This document shows, in pieces, positions 25,801 through 39,590 of a DNA stretch of 64,000 nucleotides. Positions within the stretch are counted from its first letter, which is position 1; each line of letters opens with the position of its first letter. The notes below the pieces were generated by a model. It did no database searches. It had not been told where the DNA came from and worked only from the letters and a program-made list of their open reading frames with translations. This DNA is from Haliotis rubra (taxonomy: Eukaryota), in assembly GCF_003918875.1 (NCBI RefSeq), contig NW_025766966.1, positions 62,001 to 126,000 of the forward strand, read 5' to 3'. A program made the position numbers and the translations under genes.

Positions 25801-26092
25801 ACATATAGTGAGGGTTAGCATTTCAGAAAACCAATAGCAGTGTTTGTATAACGACAGAAACCATTCTGTGCTGCAGGAAAATGCTGGGTTGTCTGGCAGT
25901 GAGTCTGGCTGAATGGAACTAGACACCTGCCTACCATAACATAACTATCACTTGCCCTGATGCCATGGGAAGTATACAGGTAAGCCTATACAGGTTCTCG
26001 ATTACTTCTTGACAGCAATAGAATTAGGTGTTACAGATTTATTTTCAAACGCAGCCTTTGCTGTCGAACATTTTACCGTTTGTTCCAAGGAA

Positions 26093-26322
26093 CCCGTGTA
26101 GGTCCGGGTTAGAATGAACCTTCAGTAACCCATGCTTGTCCTAAGAGGCGACTAACGGGATCGGGTGGTCAGGCTCGCTGGCTTGGTTGACACATTTCAT
26201 CGGTTCCCAACTGCGCAGGTCGATGCTCATGCTGTTGATCACTGGATTGTCTGGTCCAGACTCGATTATTTACAGACCGCCGCCATATAGCTGGAATATT
26301 GCTGACTAAAGTCACTCATTCA
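26093..26322 (+). mobile_element. SINE family A, full length
   Basis: Perfect 13-bp TSD ttgttccaaggaa (26080-92, 26323-35). Confidence 0.92.
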
Positions 26323-27367
26323 TTGTTCCAAGGAATATGATTTGGAAATGGGTTCTTTTAACCGTTATGAATCTGTACAGGTCGTGTTTTAACGAAACGA
26401 TATTCAGTCATGTGCCTTTGTCATGTGTGTGTCAGTTCAAAATATCCACACAATTGGGTGGAACGAATTAGTAGCAATTCGCGTGTGTGTGCGTGCGTGT
26501 TATAATTCGGTTTCGATTAATTATAGAACGAGGCCGACTGTTATATATTGGATGGGGGAGGGGTCACTAAATGTCTGTGTCTATGTCCCCCAGCGTTTTC
26601 TGATGAAATTCCTACCCCCTCAGAATTTCAAATGGACGTTCCCTTGTACGACCCGTCATACCTGCTAGCATGAGACTATCCAGGAGATTTGTCACTGTGT
26701 CATACTTTATCAACAAAACTGAGCGGTATCTAAATAATCACATGCACGATCCAATTCCCGATTGTTTGAATGCCAGTTTCACAATAACACAGTAAATCAG
26801 TGCATACAAATCGACAATACGTCAGAGATTCATTGTCCATCTAGGACAGGAACGAGAACAGAAGAGCAAATGTATTCAGCATTTTGCTGCAGGTATAAAT
26901 AATATTTGATTAACAACTGTAAACGATGAACAGATGATTCCAGTAGGAACCCCAGGCGATTGTATTATATCCATCAATCAACGGATTGGAATTATCGACA
27001 TGGGAATATAGTTCAGCGCACTGATGTTATTGTAAAATTTGTGAAGAGCTTTTGCTTTGACAAAAAAATGCCTTATTTATTTACCCGCTTTATTTCTAAA
27101 TCTGTAGTCGTGTTAGTACGCATTCTTCAGTGACAGTGAAGAAAGACTGATTCTGATTCAGATTAGACCGGAATTTGTACGTACCTATTGACACAATAGT
27201 CCATCCGAACTTAACGTTAGATGTCCGCCAAATAGCTCATCAAACGATTAAATCTATCACACGCAATAAAGTAAAACTGGAATTAACCAGTGTGTGTGCG
27301 TCATAAAGCTCAGCAATCTCTTAGACTTTCTCCAGTCGTTAACGTACTGAGCAGTCTTCAAATAATA

Positions 27368-28811
27368 TACTGAACATTCATTGAAAACGCACCACTTATA
27401 AAAGTTCAGATTACTAAAAGCACGTGTAAGGAATTTATATTTTTTGAGTGGATAATAATAGATGGACGACTGACAAAAACAACAACACAGAAAAGACGCT
27501 CATTCATTGAAAGTCAGAAAGGATCAAACACACGTGGGGTCAAATCGAAAAGTCAATATCGCGTGTGACCGCCATTTGCATTGACACATGCAGTTCAACG
27601 TCTCCTCATTGAGTCAATTAGCGTCCGAATAGAGTTCTTGAGGATGGCATTCCACTTCTGCAGTAGTGCAGCCTCAAGTTCCCGGATGTTTCGCATCTGT
27701 TGTCGCCGCGAAAGACTTTGACCAATTTCGTCGCTCCATGGGGGATACATCTGGCGACTGTGCTGGCCAATGAATAACCTGGATGTGTTGCTGGGCCAGA
27801 TACTTGTTGTGTGTGCCCGTGCGTTGTCCTGTTGAAAAGAATGGACATCTCGGTGGTGATTGAAGACAGATACGATGTGATTCTGAAGAATCTGCTCACG
27901 GTAATAAAGGGGATTAACTCTGTGATTGTAATTTATTCCACCCCAGACCATGACACTCCCACCACCCAAAGGTCTGTCTGAACCACACACTCATCAGCAT
28001 AACGTTCACCACGTCTACGCCAAACACGTAATCGGCCGTCAGCATTGCGTAGATGAAGACGTAACTCGTCAGTGACTACCACACCATGCCATTGTTGTAA
28101 CCTTTACTGAAAATGCGTGCTAGCCCATTGTATACGCTCATTACGGTGTCTGTCAGTCAGAATTGGTCCAACGTAAGGACGTCGAGCATGGAGCCCTGTA
28201 GCGTGTACACGGCGTCGCATGGAGTCAGCGCTGATGACCCCCACGTCAACCTTGAACTAGTGCAGCAGTCCTGGCAGTCGGCAGTGTTCAATCACTGATA
28301 CGGACAAGGTCAATATGGCGATCCTGATGGAGCGTCGTAACACGTTGTTGCCAAGGTCATTGAAGGTCACGGGTGCTGCCTGTCTATGAAGCCTAACGAT
28401 GGTGGAGTGGCCAAGTCCAAGTTGTCGAGCAATAGCCCTGCTGCTGGTGCCAACCTGAATCATGCCTAGTGCACGTTCTCTTTCGTGAGGTGTTAACCTC
28501 AGCATCTCTGTCCTCGTTTCACAATCGTTAGTGAAGCAATGAGAATCGGTTCTCATACACCTGCTCTTAATGTCACAGTCAGTATGATTTCAGAATGGAA
28601 TTCGCGCATTTTCATGGCATGGCTGCATGTTGATGCATTTTGGAATTAAGAGTCATACTGTGGGCAGTAATTTGTTTCTAAAGCATTTTTTCAACTGGAC
28701 ATGCCCTTCGACTTCATGTTAGTTATATTCATTGATCATTGTCATGCTGAAATCCATCTTGATGAAAATATGGACAATTTTAGACTGGTGCGTTTTCAAT
28801 GATGTTCAGTA
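27368..28811 (-). mobile_element. Near full-length degenerate Tc1 transposon
   Basis: TIRs tactgaacattcattgaaaacgcacca / tggtgcgttttcaatgatgttcagta with TA flanks. Motifs MLRLT..ERERALGM, TDE.R, GGGSVMVWGGI, FQQDNARAH. Absent at the paralogous site ~46200. Confidence 0.9.
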
Positions 28812-29011
28812 TATATAGGTATTCAGCCATTGTCTGGAGCGGTTTCTTTTCTTTGCTACCGTGGTGCCACCACACTCGTTTCCTTCCATAGATCTGAACG
28901 TTGGTGGTGAATAGAATCATAGGGTTGTCATCTAGGTTCATGAAATTTGAGAGTAAAACTGTTTGAGTGAACAGCTATTCTGACAGCTATAGACAGCGAA
29001 GAGTAACGGAA

Positions 29012-29172
29012 GAGTGAGAGAGCGGTTTTACGCCGCTTTCAGCAATATTCCAGCAACATCGCGGCGGGGGACACAAGAAAGGGGCTTCACGCATTGTACA
29101 CATGTGGGGAATCGAACCCGCGTCTTCGGCGTGACGAGCGAACGCTTTAACCACTAGGCTACCCCCCACGGC
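29012..29172 (-). mobile_element. tRNA-derived SINE family B, full length
   Basis: A/B boxes and shared tail. TSD agtaacggaaga on both sides. Absent from the paralog at ~46355. Confidence 0.88.
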
Positions 29173-30410
29173 CCAGTAACGGAAGAAGTCCGCTATGTGT
29201 AAAGTCGGGGTTGAGAGAGTCAATATGTATTATTGGGGAGTTATTTCAAACTGAACCGTACGTATGTGATATAACTTTAAAGCAACTAAAAGTACTGTGA
29301 TTTATTAATTACTTTGATAAATTTCACTTTAGCAACTTTCTGTAGCCTGTTACTGCTGCAAGGTGATATACACCACAAACCGTAGTCGGGACAAACTGGT
29401 ATGCGACCACACAACCATAGGTCGCCAACATGCCCAAGGGACACAACTCTGCAGGGCGAGTTGCGGCGCCCTAGACGACCTTGTTTTTAACCAACACTAA
29501 AATCACAGTAATACAGGTAATGAGAGATTCTTATGTGTCCTTCTCCTCTTTAGGTGCCCCATCATCAGTGCCGTCTTCAACAGAAGAAGTAAAACAGCCA
29601 TTTGAAACCTTGCATTAGCTCTCATCAATGCAATGATCAAGTTCATGTAAATGGACCTATTGACAATTTGATGAGTTGGGCGGGCTCAGCGCCGTTAACG
29701 ATTATTTCCCTGTGTTAATCAATACCCAGCATTATCACGGAATACACTTAGTTCTGGAGAACTGAACCGACTGAAACTGTAGGGTTGACAGTTCTGGAAA
29801 GGTTAAGGAGAACGGGCGTGCAAATTGACAACCTCCATGGCATATGTAAGTGTATTATTTTGATTACCTTTCATGTGGGTAATGTAACTATTTAAACGCG
29901 TATAATCACAACGGATAAAACTTGAAAAGTAGTCTTGTTTAAATTTTAAAATCTCGAATTTAGATGGATCTTTTGTAAAATGGTTTATGTTTAAAACTCA
30001 TACCCGAACAATGCTCTTAGACGCAACGTTAAACCGAATCTTATCTCACTTAACATACAATAAGTTACCCTATTACTTCTAACAATAAGAGATAGCTGTT
30101 AGCGCAGAAACTTGGGACATCGGAATGATGATTTCTATTGACGTTTAAGCACAATAAGTACATATAACGAACGATCTAAGTGCACTATAGGTTTGACTGG
30201 CAGATGGCCACGAAAGTTTGAGTGCATATCTTTTATCATGTTAGTACTAATGACACACAATGACTAATCTTTTTCCAGGGAGACGGTGCAAGTTGATAGG
30301 CCATTCTCTTCTGTGTTGTTGTCCGATGTCAATGTAAAGATACAAGTACGGTGGATTAATACCGTCAAGACATTCATTCTTTTGAAAGGCAGAGTGACGG
30401 AGGTTTCACC

Positions 30411-31155
30411 ATGTCCAACACAACAGATGGTTCTTCAATCATCCTTTTCTGGACATTTAATGACCGTGAAATAACACTTGTGACGTTTATTGTCAACATC
30501 GTCATATTCATTATCGGGTTTTTGGCCTTGTCATTGAACGCTATCGTACTGGACACTTTAGTGAAGAGAGGGAATCTGGAACCAACGGATCTTGTGATGT
30601 GCCACCTTGCCGTCACCGACATGCTCACCGGTGTCCTCATCATCCACACTGTCGGATACAACATCATCTACTTTCAAAACGACCTCGAATGCCTCATTCG
30701 CATAGGAGCAGTATTCATTTTTATCTCAGGATCTGTTTACCATCTGGCCCTCCTGACAGTGGATAGGTTCGTGAAGATTGTCTTCCCCTACCGTTACCAG
30801 GATGTCATGACCAGGAAGTCCGTGTCCATCATGTCGGCGGCCATCTGGGTGTTCTCCGTCAACCTCGGCCTCCTTCCTTCCTATGGCTGGAGATACTATC
30901 CGCCGCCATCAGAACCACCTTGTTCCTTTCTTGGTGTTTTGCACACAGGGTTTCTTCGGTTTGGACTTGTGGTGTTTCTTCTTCCGGTTTTTGTAATTGC
31001 CATTCTGTATTCGAAGATCTTCTTGGTAGCCAGACGACACGCACGTGCTATTGCCGCCACGGACGTTGCTGGTAAGAACGATTCCAGCAGCATGAAATTT
31101 ACAAAGACCGTCGTTATTCTGATCGGAACGTACCTCGTCTCATTTCTGCCAATGG
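30411..31155 (+). CDS. Class A GPCR, coding exon copy 1 (N-terminus to mid-TM6; MECA/adenosine/GPR12-like)
   Basis: N-glycosylation sequon NTT, TM1 N, TM2 HLAVTD, TM3 C...DRF, TM4 W..LP.YGW, TM5 LY.KIF.VARRH, TM6 F.P. Donor G|GTATGT after 31155 (phase 1). Upstream acceptor gactaat..ttttccag at 30278. Confidence 0.9.
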
Positions 31156-33013
31156 GTATGTACCACTTTACCATGTGTAACCTCGTTGTAAGAGTGAGTG
31201 AGGGAGTAAGGTTTAATGCCGCTTTGGGCAGTATTACTTTACGGCGTGCCAGCATGCATATGATGTGAGTGCAAGGTCAGAAATGGCGTAGTCTCACACT
31301 TTTCTCGACCCCATATGGTGCCTGGTATACTTTTGTTTGGGTGTTTGTTGTTTAACGCCGCACTCAACGATATTCAAGCTGTATATCGGCAGTCTGTAAA
31401 TAATCGCGTCTGGACCAGACAATCCATGACAGCATAATCTCTACGCAAGTGAGATATGACGACATGTGTCAACCCCGTCAGCGAGTATGACCGCCCGATC
31501 CCGTTATTCGACTCTAACGACAAGCACGGGATTCTGAAGACCTGATAGGGGGATAAACCTTCAATGGAGGCGAAATCTAGTCCCGTTTATATTGTACTGT
31601 CCTGTTAAGTGATAGAGGTTTACGGTTACATGCTGGTTGTAAAATATATATCTGAAATATTCTAGTTGTTTTACTGTCCTGTGGCGACTGGTTTTAGCTT
31701 AGTTTATATATTAGCAATGTGTGAATTGTGTTAGTCATGGCATGGCTAAAACATGTTGCCGATTTGAGAATAACTCACTCACTCAGGTGTTTCTCACTTT
31801 GGCGAATGCCAAAGAGCATTGGTTTAGGTAGAAACATAATCGGGAATCTAACCCAGTTTGTCATAAGACATGAGCGAGTGCGTAGTCATTTAACGTCACA
31901 TCGGCAATGTCGTAGTCTATATTAATAAGGAAAACATTCAGACTAAAATACCTGTCGACAATGAATAGTAAAAGTAATAGAGTATCACAGATTTTCATAA
32001 GAAAGATATCACTATACAAAACTGTTCTAAGCTAGATTTTGCTAAATATTCCATACTGTTTAAAGGTACTGTTTACACATGAACTGATGTATTGTCAAAC
32101 AAATTCGTAACGTTGAAAAGATTTTTGTCATGAGTTCAATAAATGATGAAACTCAGTGAAAATTGTCGCATTCTTAACAAAACTTTACATCAAAACGCAG
32201 CTGTTCACATGTACGATATTTTGACATGCTTTTCATCAATTTGAAGCATGAGCCTCGTGCAATTCATCTGCAGAAAGTTGCAGTTGGTCCTCACAAATTA
32301 GTGAAGAAGCTTTCAATGGGTAGTATGGATACGGGCTTTAGATCGCCAGATACTGGAAGAGCGCCATACATGGGACCATGGGGACTTAGAGTACCTTTGT
32401 ACGAGATGACTATCGATAGCAATTTTGGCGGGATCATAACAATTTTTAACCAAATGACGAAGTGAAATGTACGTAGAGGTCGTTCATGTCACAAGGAACG
32501 ATTTAGACGGGGGTGCGAGCGCACGGCACGCACTCACACCTTCAATCCCGACTTCAAAATATATAGATATATAGTCTATGACAGGTACATTTTGACAGAA
32601 TAAATTATTTGCTACCAAACAAAATTTGAACACAGTTACTGTATCGCAAACATATTAGTTATAGAAATCGTGCAACAACCACCCTAACCCCTCTCCTCAA
32701 AAGTGCAGTATCCGCCCCTGTGACAAGTTAGTAAGCTATCGAGGGTGGTTCATAGACAAACAAACAATAATCAATTAGCACATAAATGCTTTGTGAAAAT
32801 TAACAAAGCTTTTAATAAGGTTATTAATTTCGTGTTGAAAATTGACTAAATTTACATCTCGATTATCCCTAAGATAACTGTCACAAAATCGTTTGGCATG
32901 CATTGCAGAACGCCGGTCGTACATGTCTGTCGCAAGGACGACTAAAATCGGTGTCAAGGTGTAACTGGCCGATTGTCGTCGTACACCATGTCGTCATTGT
33001 CACGGCTGGAGTA

Positions 33014-33198
33014 CTCGTGAAGGTCCGGGTTAGAATGTATCTTCAGTAACCCATGCTTGTCGTAAGAGGCGACTAACGGGATCGGGTGGTCAGGCTCGCT
33101 GACTTGGTTGACACATGTCATCGGTTCCCAGTCGCACAGATTGATGTCTGATGTTGTTGATGACTGGATTGTCTGGTCCAGACTCGATTATTTACAGA
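33014..33198 (+). mobile_element. SINE family A, 3'-truncated
   Basis: ctcgtgaaggtccgggttagaatg...gactcgattatttacaga. Confidence 0.85.
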
Positions 33199-34029
33199 GT
33201 AGTTCATAGGGCGACTACAGTTGCCATACACCTAGAACTGCACAGTGCCGTGGTAAACAACTCTCGGACACCGAATAGTTAATGAGCACACCCGATGTAA
33301 CGTAACCTGTGGCCGAAGCCGGCTGTTTAGAAGATATACTTCCCATAGAGCTTCGTAATCGCAAGTTAGGGAAAGTGGTATTTGATGTTCAGGAAATACA
33401 GGTAATATTCTATTACACTATACTCAGACAGGACTGACTGTTGTCGATCTGTTGTATAACGCCGCGTTCATCAGGAAATAACCCGATCTGGACAAGACAA
33501 TCCAGTGATTGACATCATGAACAACCAATGGACAATTTAGTGGCATGCAATTAGCCATGGCACAAGCCTGACCAGCTGATCCATGTGTCGCCTGTGGCAA
33601 TCAGCACAGGTTGGTGGCGAGCTAAATTCTCAATAAAGACCAGTATTTAATAATTTTATGTTAAATCTTTTGCAAATATCCACACATCGATCGAGTACGG
33701 TCAGTTCAAATGTGCTCAAGATTTGTTCAAAGTGACAAATCAAATAAATATTATCATCCATTTTTTTAAAAATATCTGCGGATTTCTCGAAGATCTTGTA
33801 CGATATATAATATGTTCATGTTAGTAAAATAGTTCACAGAACAGTAAATTTTACTTCATGCAGTGATGATGGCAGTCTGGTAACCCAGTGGTTACATGTC
33901 AGCCCACGTGCGACACCCGTGTTCGATGTCCTCTCAGTGGATATTGCTTGAAGATTGTTAAAGCATATTCTAACATAGCATTATTTGTGGATCCTGTCTC
34001 AATACCCTGTATCTATACCTATGTTGTAG

Positions 34030-34556
34030 TACAGTGTATACCGGATCTACCTTCAGTTGTTGGCGATCTATAGCCGGATTTTACATTGTATTGTCCAGAA
34101 ATAATTTTCTACCTTTAAAGATATATGCTAGCTAGTTTTAACTCAATCTGTGATAATCTACTGGTTTTACTGTCCTTCGTTGACAGGGTTTTATATGTTA
34201 TATGTATGTATTATAAATTTAGAACTAGTTTTAGTCACGATATGGCTGAAATATTGCCGAGGTGACTTTAAATCTTAACTCACTCACTCACTCAGTGTAT
34301 ACCGTCCCTAGTAGGGTTATATACCTTCAGTTGTTGGCGATATATAGCAACTTTTTTTATGTTGCATTGTCCGAATAGTTAAGATATTTTAGTTTTCACA
34401 CTAGTTTTACAATTATATCTGTGATATACTAGCTATTTTTACTGTCCTTCGCCGACAGGTTTTTATAATGATTTATTATGACATTATAACTTGTTAATAG
34501 TAGCGATATGGCTGAAATATTGCCGATGTGACTTAAATCTCACTCACATTCAGTGT
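34030..34556 (+). repeat. Tandem pair of family C 3' ends
   Basis: Two ~260-bp units, each cagtgtatacc..taccttcagttgttggcga...atatggctgaaatattgccga..tgact.aaatc.cactcac. Confidence 0.75.
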
Positions 34557-35471
34557 ATATCCAGTGTAATTGCAAGTTACTTATGATGAATAGTGCCCAA
34601 TTGTGTTCAACATGCGCGCAACATCAGAATACTATAAAAGTGTGCATATGCATTCTCTTACGTCAATATTCATATTACCTTTATAGCGGGTTTGTATGAT
34701 ACTTCACTGCAGTAAGCATGAGATGAATAGGCTTATACACAATGAAAGGGATATGTGTGTTAGCGATTTTGTACAGGTAATCATCTACAGCCGCGGAAAC
34801 ATTTAATCAGAACAGTCGATCAACCTGGTCTTCTGAAACCACATTTGTCGTCTCGCTATATCAGTTTTCTCGCCCTGGAACGTTAACCTGAAACAGAGTT
34901 TCCTGCCAGTTGCCGACACTAACGCCCAAATGAGAACAGGTTTATGTATATTCGTAGTTTACGGTTGCCCAGCCATATTGTCTGTTCTAGTGTAATTTTG
35001 AATATTTTGTACCAGAAAATAACCCAAATACCAGTGACCCGAGTCTGTACAAATACCATCAAAGTCCCTATTCCATGGGTCAATTAAGCAAGGGTAGCTA
35101 ATGAATAACTTAAAGACATATTTTTTTGCTATGTCATAGGTCGCGTGGTTTGGCAGCCACGTTGGATTTAAGCGGGTAGGAATACATGCTACAAGACACG
35201 CCGCTTAGGGGCCATAGTTGATTTGAGTTTTTGTAATATGAAACTCCCATTGTGGGTGAAGCCCATTTCTGGTGTCCCCCCGCCGTGATATTGCTGGAAT
35301 ATTGCTAAAAACGGCGTAAAACCACACTCACTCACTCCCATTGTGGTCTAATGTCCGTTGCTGATGGTCGAGTTTTGGTGTTGTGTTTTTACGTATAGTC
35401 CTTTACCTGATACTCAGTTGTTTTACTGTTTTAGAGACATAATGTACTATTGTTTATTACTTCCTTGCACT

Positions 35472-35820
35472 GACCGCCTCCGTGGTGTAGTGGTTAGAGC
35501 GTCCACCCGGAGTGCGGAAGGTCGCGGGTCTCGATCGCGTCATACCAAAAGACGTTAAAATATGGTACTTGTTGGTGCCTGCCTGGCGCTCGGCATTAAT
35601 GGGTACAACAAGGACTGGTCGGCTCGGAGTTAGTATAATGTGTCTGAGTGGGGTATTCATGCTTCACTGCGGCATGGTATCTCAGTGGGCTAGCACTATA
35701 AAACCAGTTTCAGTCTGGGCTAGTACAAGCAGCCGCACATACACATACACACGCATGCACGTCGTCATATGAGCGAAATATTCTCAAGCACGACGATAAA
35801 CCAAATTTCACCTCACCACC
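35472..35820 (+). mobile_element. Second tRNA-headed SINE (family D; central domain gtcataccaaaagac..., possibly Meta-SINE-like)
   Basis: tRNA-like head gtggtgtagtggttagagcg, a distinct body, and a tail related to the other families. The superfamily assignment is from memory and unverified. Confidence 0.65.
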
Positions 35821-35824
35821 CCAA

Positions 35825-36180
35825 TAAAGTGCCAATGGGATGCCTCTATCTCAATTTGCGTCAAGATCATCAATACGTTCAGTTCAGTAGTTTTAGCCTG
35901 TTTTTGGAAGCTTGTTTTGAAAGTTTGTAGACCGCCCGTCTAAGCACTCCCTTATCAAAGTTGTCAAGGATGGTTTTACGTCCCGGTTTTGCATTTGAGA
36001 CGGTCCCTGTCTTGTCTGATTTGTTTACAATATTGTAAACTTGTTGGTAAGACATGCCAACAGCTCTACAAGTTCTGTAATAAACCCTTTCTAAACTAAT
36101 GAAAGGTTTACCTCTGTCTTTTTTTTAAGCAGAAAAAAACTATAAACCTTTGCAACAATCGACTGCAAATCGTTGGCCAT
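35825..36180 (-). pseudogene. N-terminal fragment of a second Sailor-like transposase
   Basis: MANDLQSIVAKVYSFF..RGKPF..RTCRAVG..LDNFDKGVLRRAVYKL aligns with the N-terminus of the 14240-15467 transposase (KVYGFF..GKPF..RAAKALG..LDNFQKNLVRQSINKL). Confidence 0.65.
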
Positions 36181-36820
36181 AGTGGACGCTGTGATAAAGA
36201 TGTGCATGCATGACGGGAAACTTATTTATCAAGACTTAACATTTATATTAATATTTCTTCAATAAAGAAAATGATACTTTAGTAAAGTAACACAAACATT
36301 CAACATTTATTTGTTTAGGATAAACGTTAATTCATATTTTTACACCACCTGTATTATTAGCATAAATGTAAAGACTATTTCAGATTTCTGTTGTTGAACT
36401 CTGAAAAAATCTTAAGTTGCTGTTTTGGTACCAAATTCTCTCCTGTAAACTGCCCTTTAAATGCATGGGAATGTTAAATCGATTGAAATAAAAATTTGGT
36501 AGACAATAGGCGAGTTGATATATTGACAACATAGTACATTTATCACCTTTATAAAGATATTAAGGCTAAAAAGCATTTTTCTAGCATTTCCGACAGTACT
36601 TTAGTCACTATATCGCTTAAAAAAAACCGTGTGTAAAAATATCGAAAGAAGCGTTAGTATAATATGAAATTCGATGCCGTTACATCGACGATGGGACAAT
36701 GTGCAATCTTGACTTAGAAGTATTCTGTAGAGGTATACGTTGCTGTTGTAGTTATTGCTGTTTTATAATCCTTTATTATCCCCGCAACAACCTACAACGA
36801 TAACGCAATTCGTCATTATA

Positions 36821-37898
36821 CGAGGGGAGGTCCAACAGTTTTGAGAAACAGCTATGCCGCTAGTAGTATTGCATACATTGATCATTCATGAGATACATGT
36901 GAAAGTGCCAACACCTCGTAACAAACAGTATTAATAATATGATAACTGGAAGAGAGATACCCTCCTGATATCGTGGAGAATTCCAAAACTGAGTACAGAG
37001 CTGTAGTTCATGTCCTCACACTAGAGGGCGCCAACACAAGCAGAATCCACGAGTAGTCCTGACCTGGCACCCAGTCATTATAACCTGTTTTGAAATTTGA
37101 AGTCTCACTTATAGGCCTACCAAAGAAAAATTTCCCACTGTTTAGAAAAAAGCAGAAATGTCCACATTAATCGTGGAAATAGCAACATAAACATAAACAT
37201 AATACCTCGCTACTGAAACAATAAAAACGGGAACTTTAAATCGCTAAAACTGGATCAAAAAGCGAAAAGCCTGCAACTTAGATTTTGCGCAGGCGCGCCT
37301 GGAAGAGGAAGTTTCGACCTCATGTTGACATTTTTCAGTTTGAACAAAAGTTACATTCCCTTTTCAAAGTATTCCTGTGGTGTTATTTGGCATTTATAAT
37401 CATCCTACTTATGTGCACACTTGTTTGGTTTACCTTCCATTCGTGGCGATTCACGGTTGCTCGGAAATCTGAAAGAAGCGCGGATCGTAATGCGCATGCG
37501 CGGTAGAGGTCAAAGTTCGCTGATATAAAAATGTTGCAGTTTCATAGTCTTTCGTTGCCGTTTTTACTGCTTCAGTAGCGAGGTAATATGTTTATGTTGC
37601 TATTTCCGCGATTAATGTGGACATTTCTGCGTTTTCTGCACAGTGGGAACGTTTTCTTAGGCAGGCCTGACTTGCGTGGAAGACGATTTGCCAATGATGA
37701 ACTCAAGGCTACAAGAGAAGCTTGGTATAGTGATCAGTCAAAAGACTTCTATTTCCAGGACATTGCCAGCTTGCAGCACAAATGGTGTATTGAAAGTGTA
37801 TTGAACTGAAGGGAGACTATAGTGAAAAATAGAAGTTCGAAACCCGCTCTGACTGTTAATTGTACATCAAGTTATCAAAACCTTTTGACCTCCCCTCG
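36821..37898 (+). mobile_element. Internally deleted mariner element
   Basis: TA-flanked TIRs cgaggggaggtccaacagttttga / tcaaaaccttttgacctcccctcg. Motifs EYRAV..L.LEG, SPDLAPS.Y.LF, LRGRRF, C(I)ELKGDY.EK*. Confidence 0.88.
37112..37669. mobile_element. MITE with long imperfect TIRs nested in the mariner (YAG termini, possibly Academ-mobilised)
   Basis: taggcctaccaaagaaaaatttcccactg / cagtgggaacgttttcttaggcaggcctg; short actt duplication; interrupts the mariner frame at LK.HL|RGRRF. Confidence 0.75.
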
Positions 37899-37914
37899 TA
37901 ATTATTGAAACAGT

Positions 37915-39590
37915 TTACATTCTTATATATTGGGGATAACAATCAGATGACCATCGACCAAAGCGCTTCATGGTCTCTGCATCAACCTCGTTCATAGCCG
38001 CCGTAGTAGCAGCCCCAATTCTGAAAGAGTGAGATGTGAATTTAAGATGCCCCACGTCAAGATGACTGATGACTTTCTGCAGCAGTGCCTGAAACTGAAA
38101 TCTGGTTAGTTTTGCCATCAAAGTGTAGGAAAAGATATGGGGAAGCAGCTGGTTGCGATGATAAATAGGTTTCCATGGCAGTGACTGGACATAGCGGATA
38201 ATATGGAACAGCTTTGATGTGGATAGAAGTGCCTTTACCTGTTTGAGAAGTCTTAGAATACTCGAGTGTGACATGCATGGCCGCCGCGTTACCTGTAGTA
38301 ATCTTTACATCATGAATAGTGAGAGACCTACGTGACGTGTCAGAAAGGGGGGTAGGTACCAACTCACTTATCCTGGAGAAACAAAATTAAAGCCAGTGTG
38401 TATGCTGCTTTAAAAAGATTGCATTCATAAACAGAAGAACAAACAATATGAAGGACTTTCGAAATTGATAATAATATTTCTGCTGTGATCAGGCCTTGAC
38501 TGTCCGGAGAGCGTCGTCCGCACTAGGAAATGTTGGGATGCATCCTGCATGTCGTGCCACTTGTGCCAGGTCCCCAGTGCTGCGATGTAGGCGTTTGCCG
38601 TTCTAGACGTTTTACCCTGCAAAGACAATGCTGACAAGTAATATATGATATGATCACGCGGTGCCAGCCATGTAGATGGGAGACAACGTGACACTCTCGT
38701 TGAAAGACTGTAACGTTGTAATGATAGGTCCTCCAGCTGTCCCAGATGTCCGGGTGCTGTCCCAGATGTCCGGGTAGTGGTGTTGCTCTTGAGTCTGCTA
38801 GTGGTGCTGCTTCCCGGAAACGATCCCACTGAATGCTCGAAATAGCATCAGCTATAACATCATGAGCAGATATGTACCTGGAAAGGAAAATACTATTATG
38901 ATTAAGACATGAAGTTACTAGCAAATACACAAGAGACATCACCTTGGGGTTCTTGGATGTTTGCCTGTTGATGATGGACACGACAGCTTGGTTGTCACAC
39001 ACAAACATTACCTTGTTGTTAAGAAACTTGGGTGCCTACAAACGTAGTGCTACGATGACAGGAAACAAATCAAGGAAAGTCATGGCTTTCATGAGCCCGC
39101 TATGACCCATTTGCCTGGCCATTTACCATATGCCCAACTCCCATGGAAGTATACCCCGAACCCGCATGAACTGACAGCGTCTGTGAAAAGCTCTGTTTGG
39201 GTTGACGTGAGCCACTCTTCATTCTGAAACACAGATGAACCATTGTGGTTGAAGAGAAATGTTTGCCAGACTTTAAGATCTTCTTTCACTCCCCTGGTAA
39301 TCCTGACGCGATGATACGGTTTTACCTGACCCTTGATTGCGTGATACAGGTGCTACCCGCTAGGGTAGCACGTGTAATGAACTGGAGTCTCCCCACCAAT
39401 GATTGCACCTCCACAACCTGTATTTTCCTTCTGCTGGACGTGAGGATTGCTTGTATCTGCCTGGTGACCTCTGGTATCTTCTCCGCCGGTATTGTCACCT
39501 CCATAGCTACAGTGTCGGTCGTCAAGTCCAAAAATGTGATTGTGGTGGACGGTCCGACAGTTTTGTCATTTGCAGTCGGTAGAAAGTTTA
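37915..39590 (-). mobile_element. DIRS/Ngaro tyrosine-recombinase retrotransposon relic (RT end, RNase H, YR)
   Basis: GPT..ITFL, LFTDA...GFG.YF.G.W, CDNQAVV.IIN..TSK, SKT.Q.G.G, HSFRIGAATTAA..GRW.S..Y..YIR. Confidence 0.88.

Larger units (their letters stand above)
27080..32680 (+). repeat. Segmental duplication unit 1 (paralog ~45690-49720) containing GPCR variable exon 1
   Basis: Collinear similarity from aatctgtagtcgtgttagtacg to gttatagaaatcgtgcaac, with copy-specific TE insertions. Confidence 0.9.

Noticed and set aside
30374-31255. Antisense ORFs over the GPCR exons
   Set aside because: Shadow ORFs of the coding strand, repeated only because the exons are paralogous.
31156-31268. Read-through C-terminal extensions of the GPCR ORFs (also 48352-48458 and 57045-57076) as a TM7
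   Set aside because: No NPxxY or hydrophobic helix. They start at a consensus donor, and copies 1/2 run into a SINE-tail remnant, so they are intronic.
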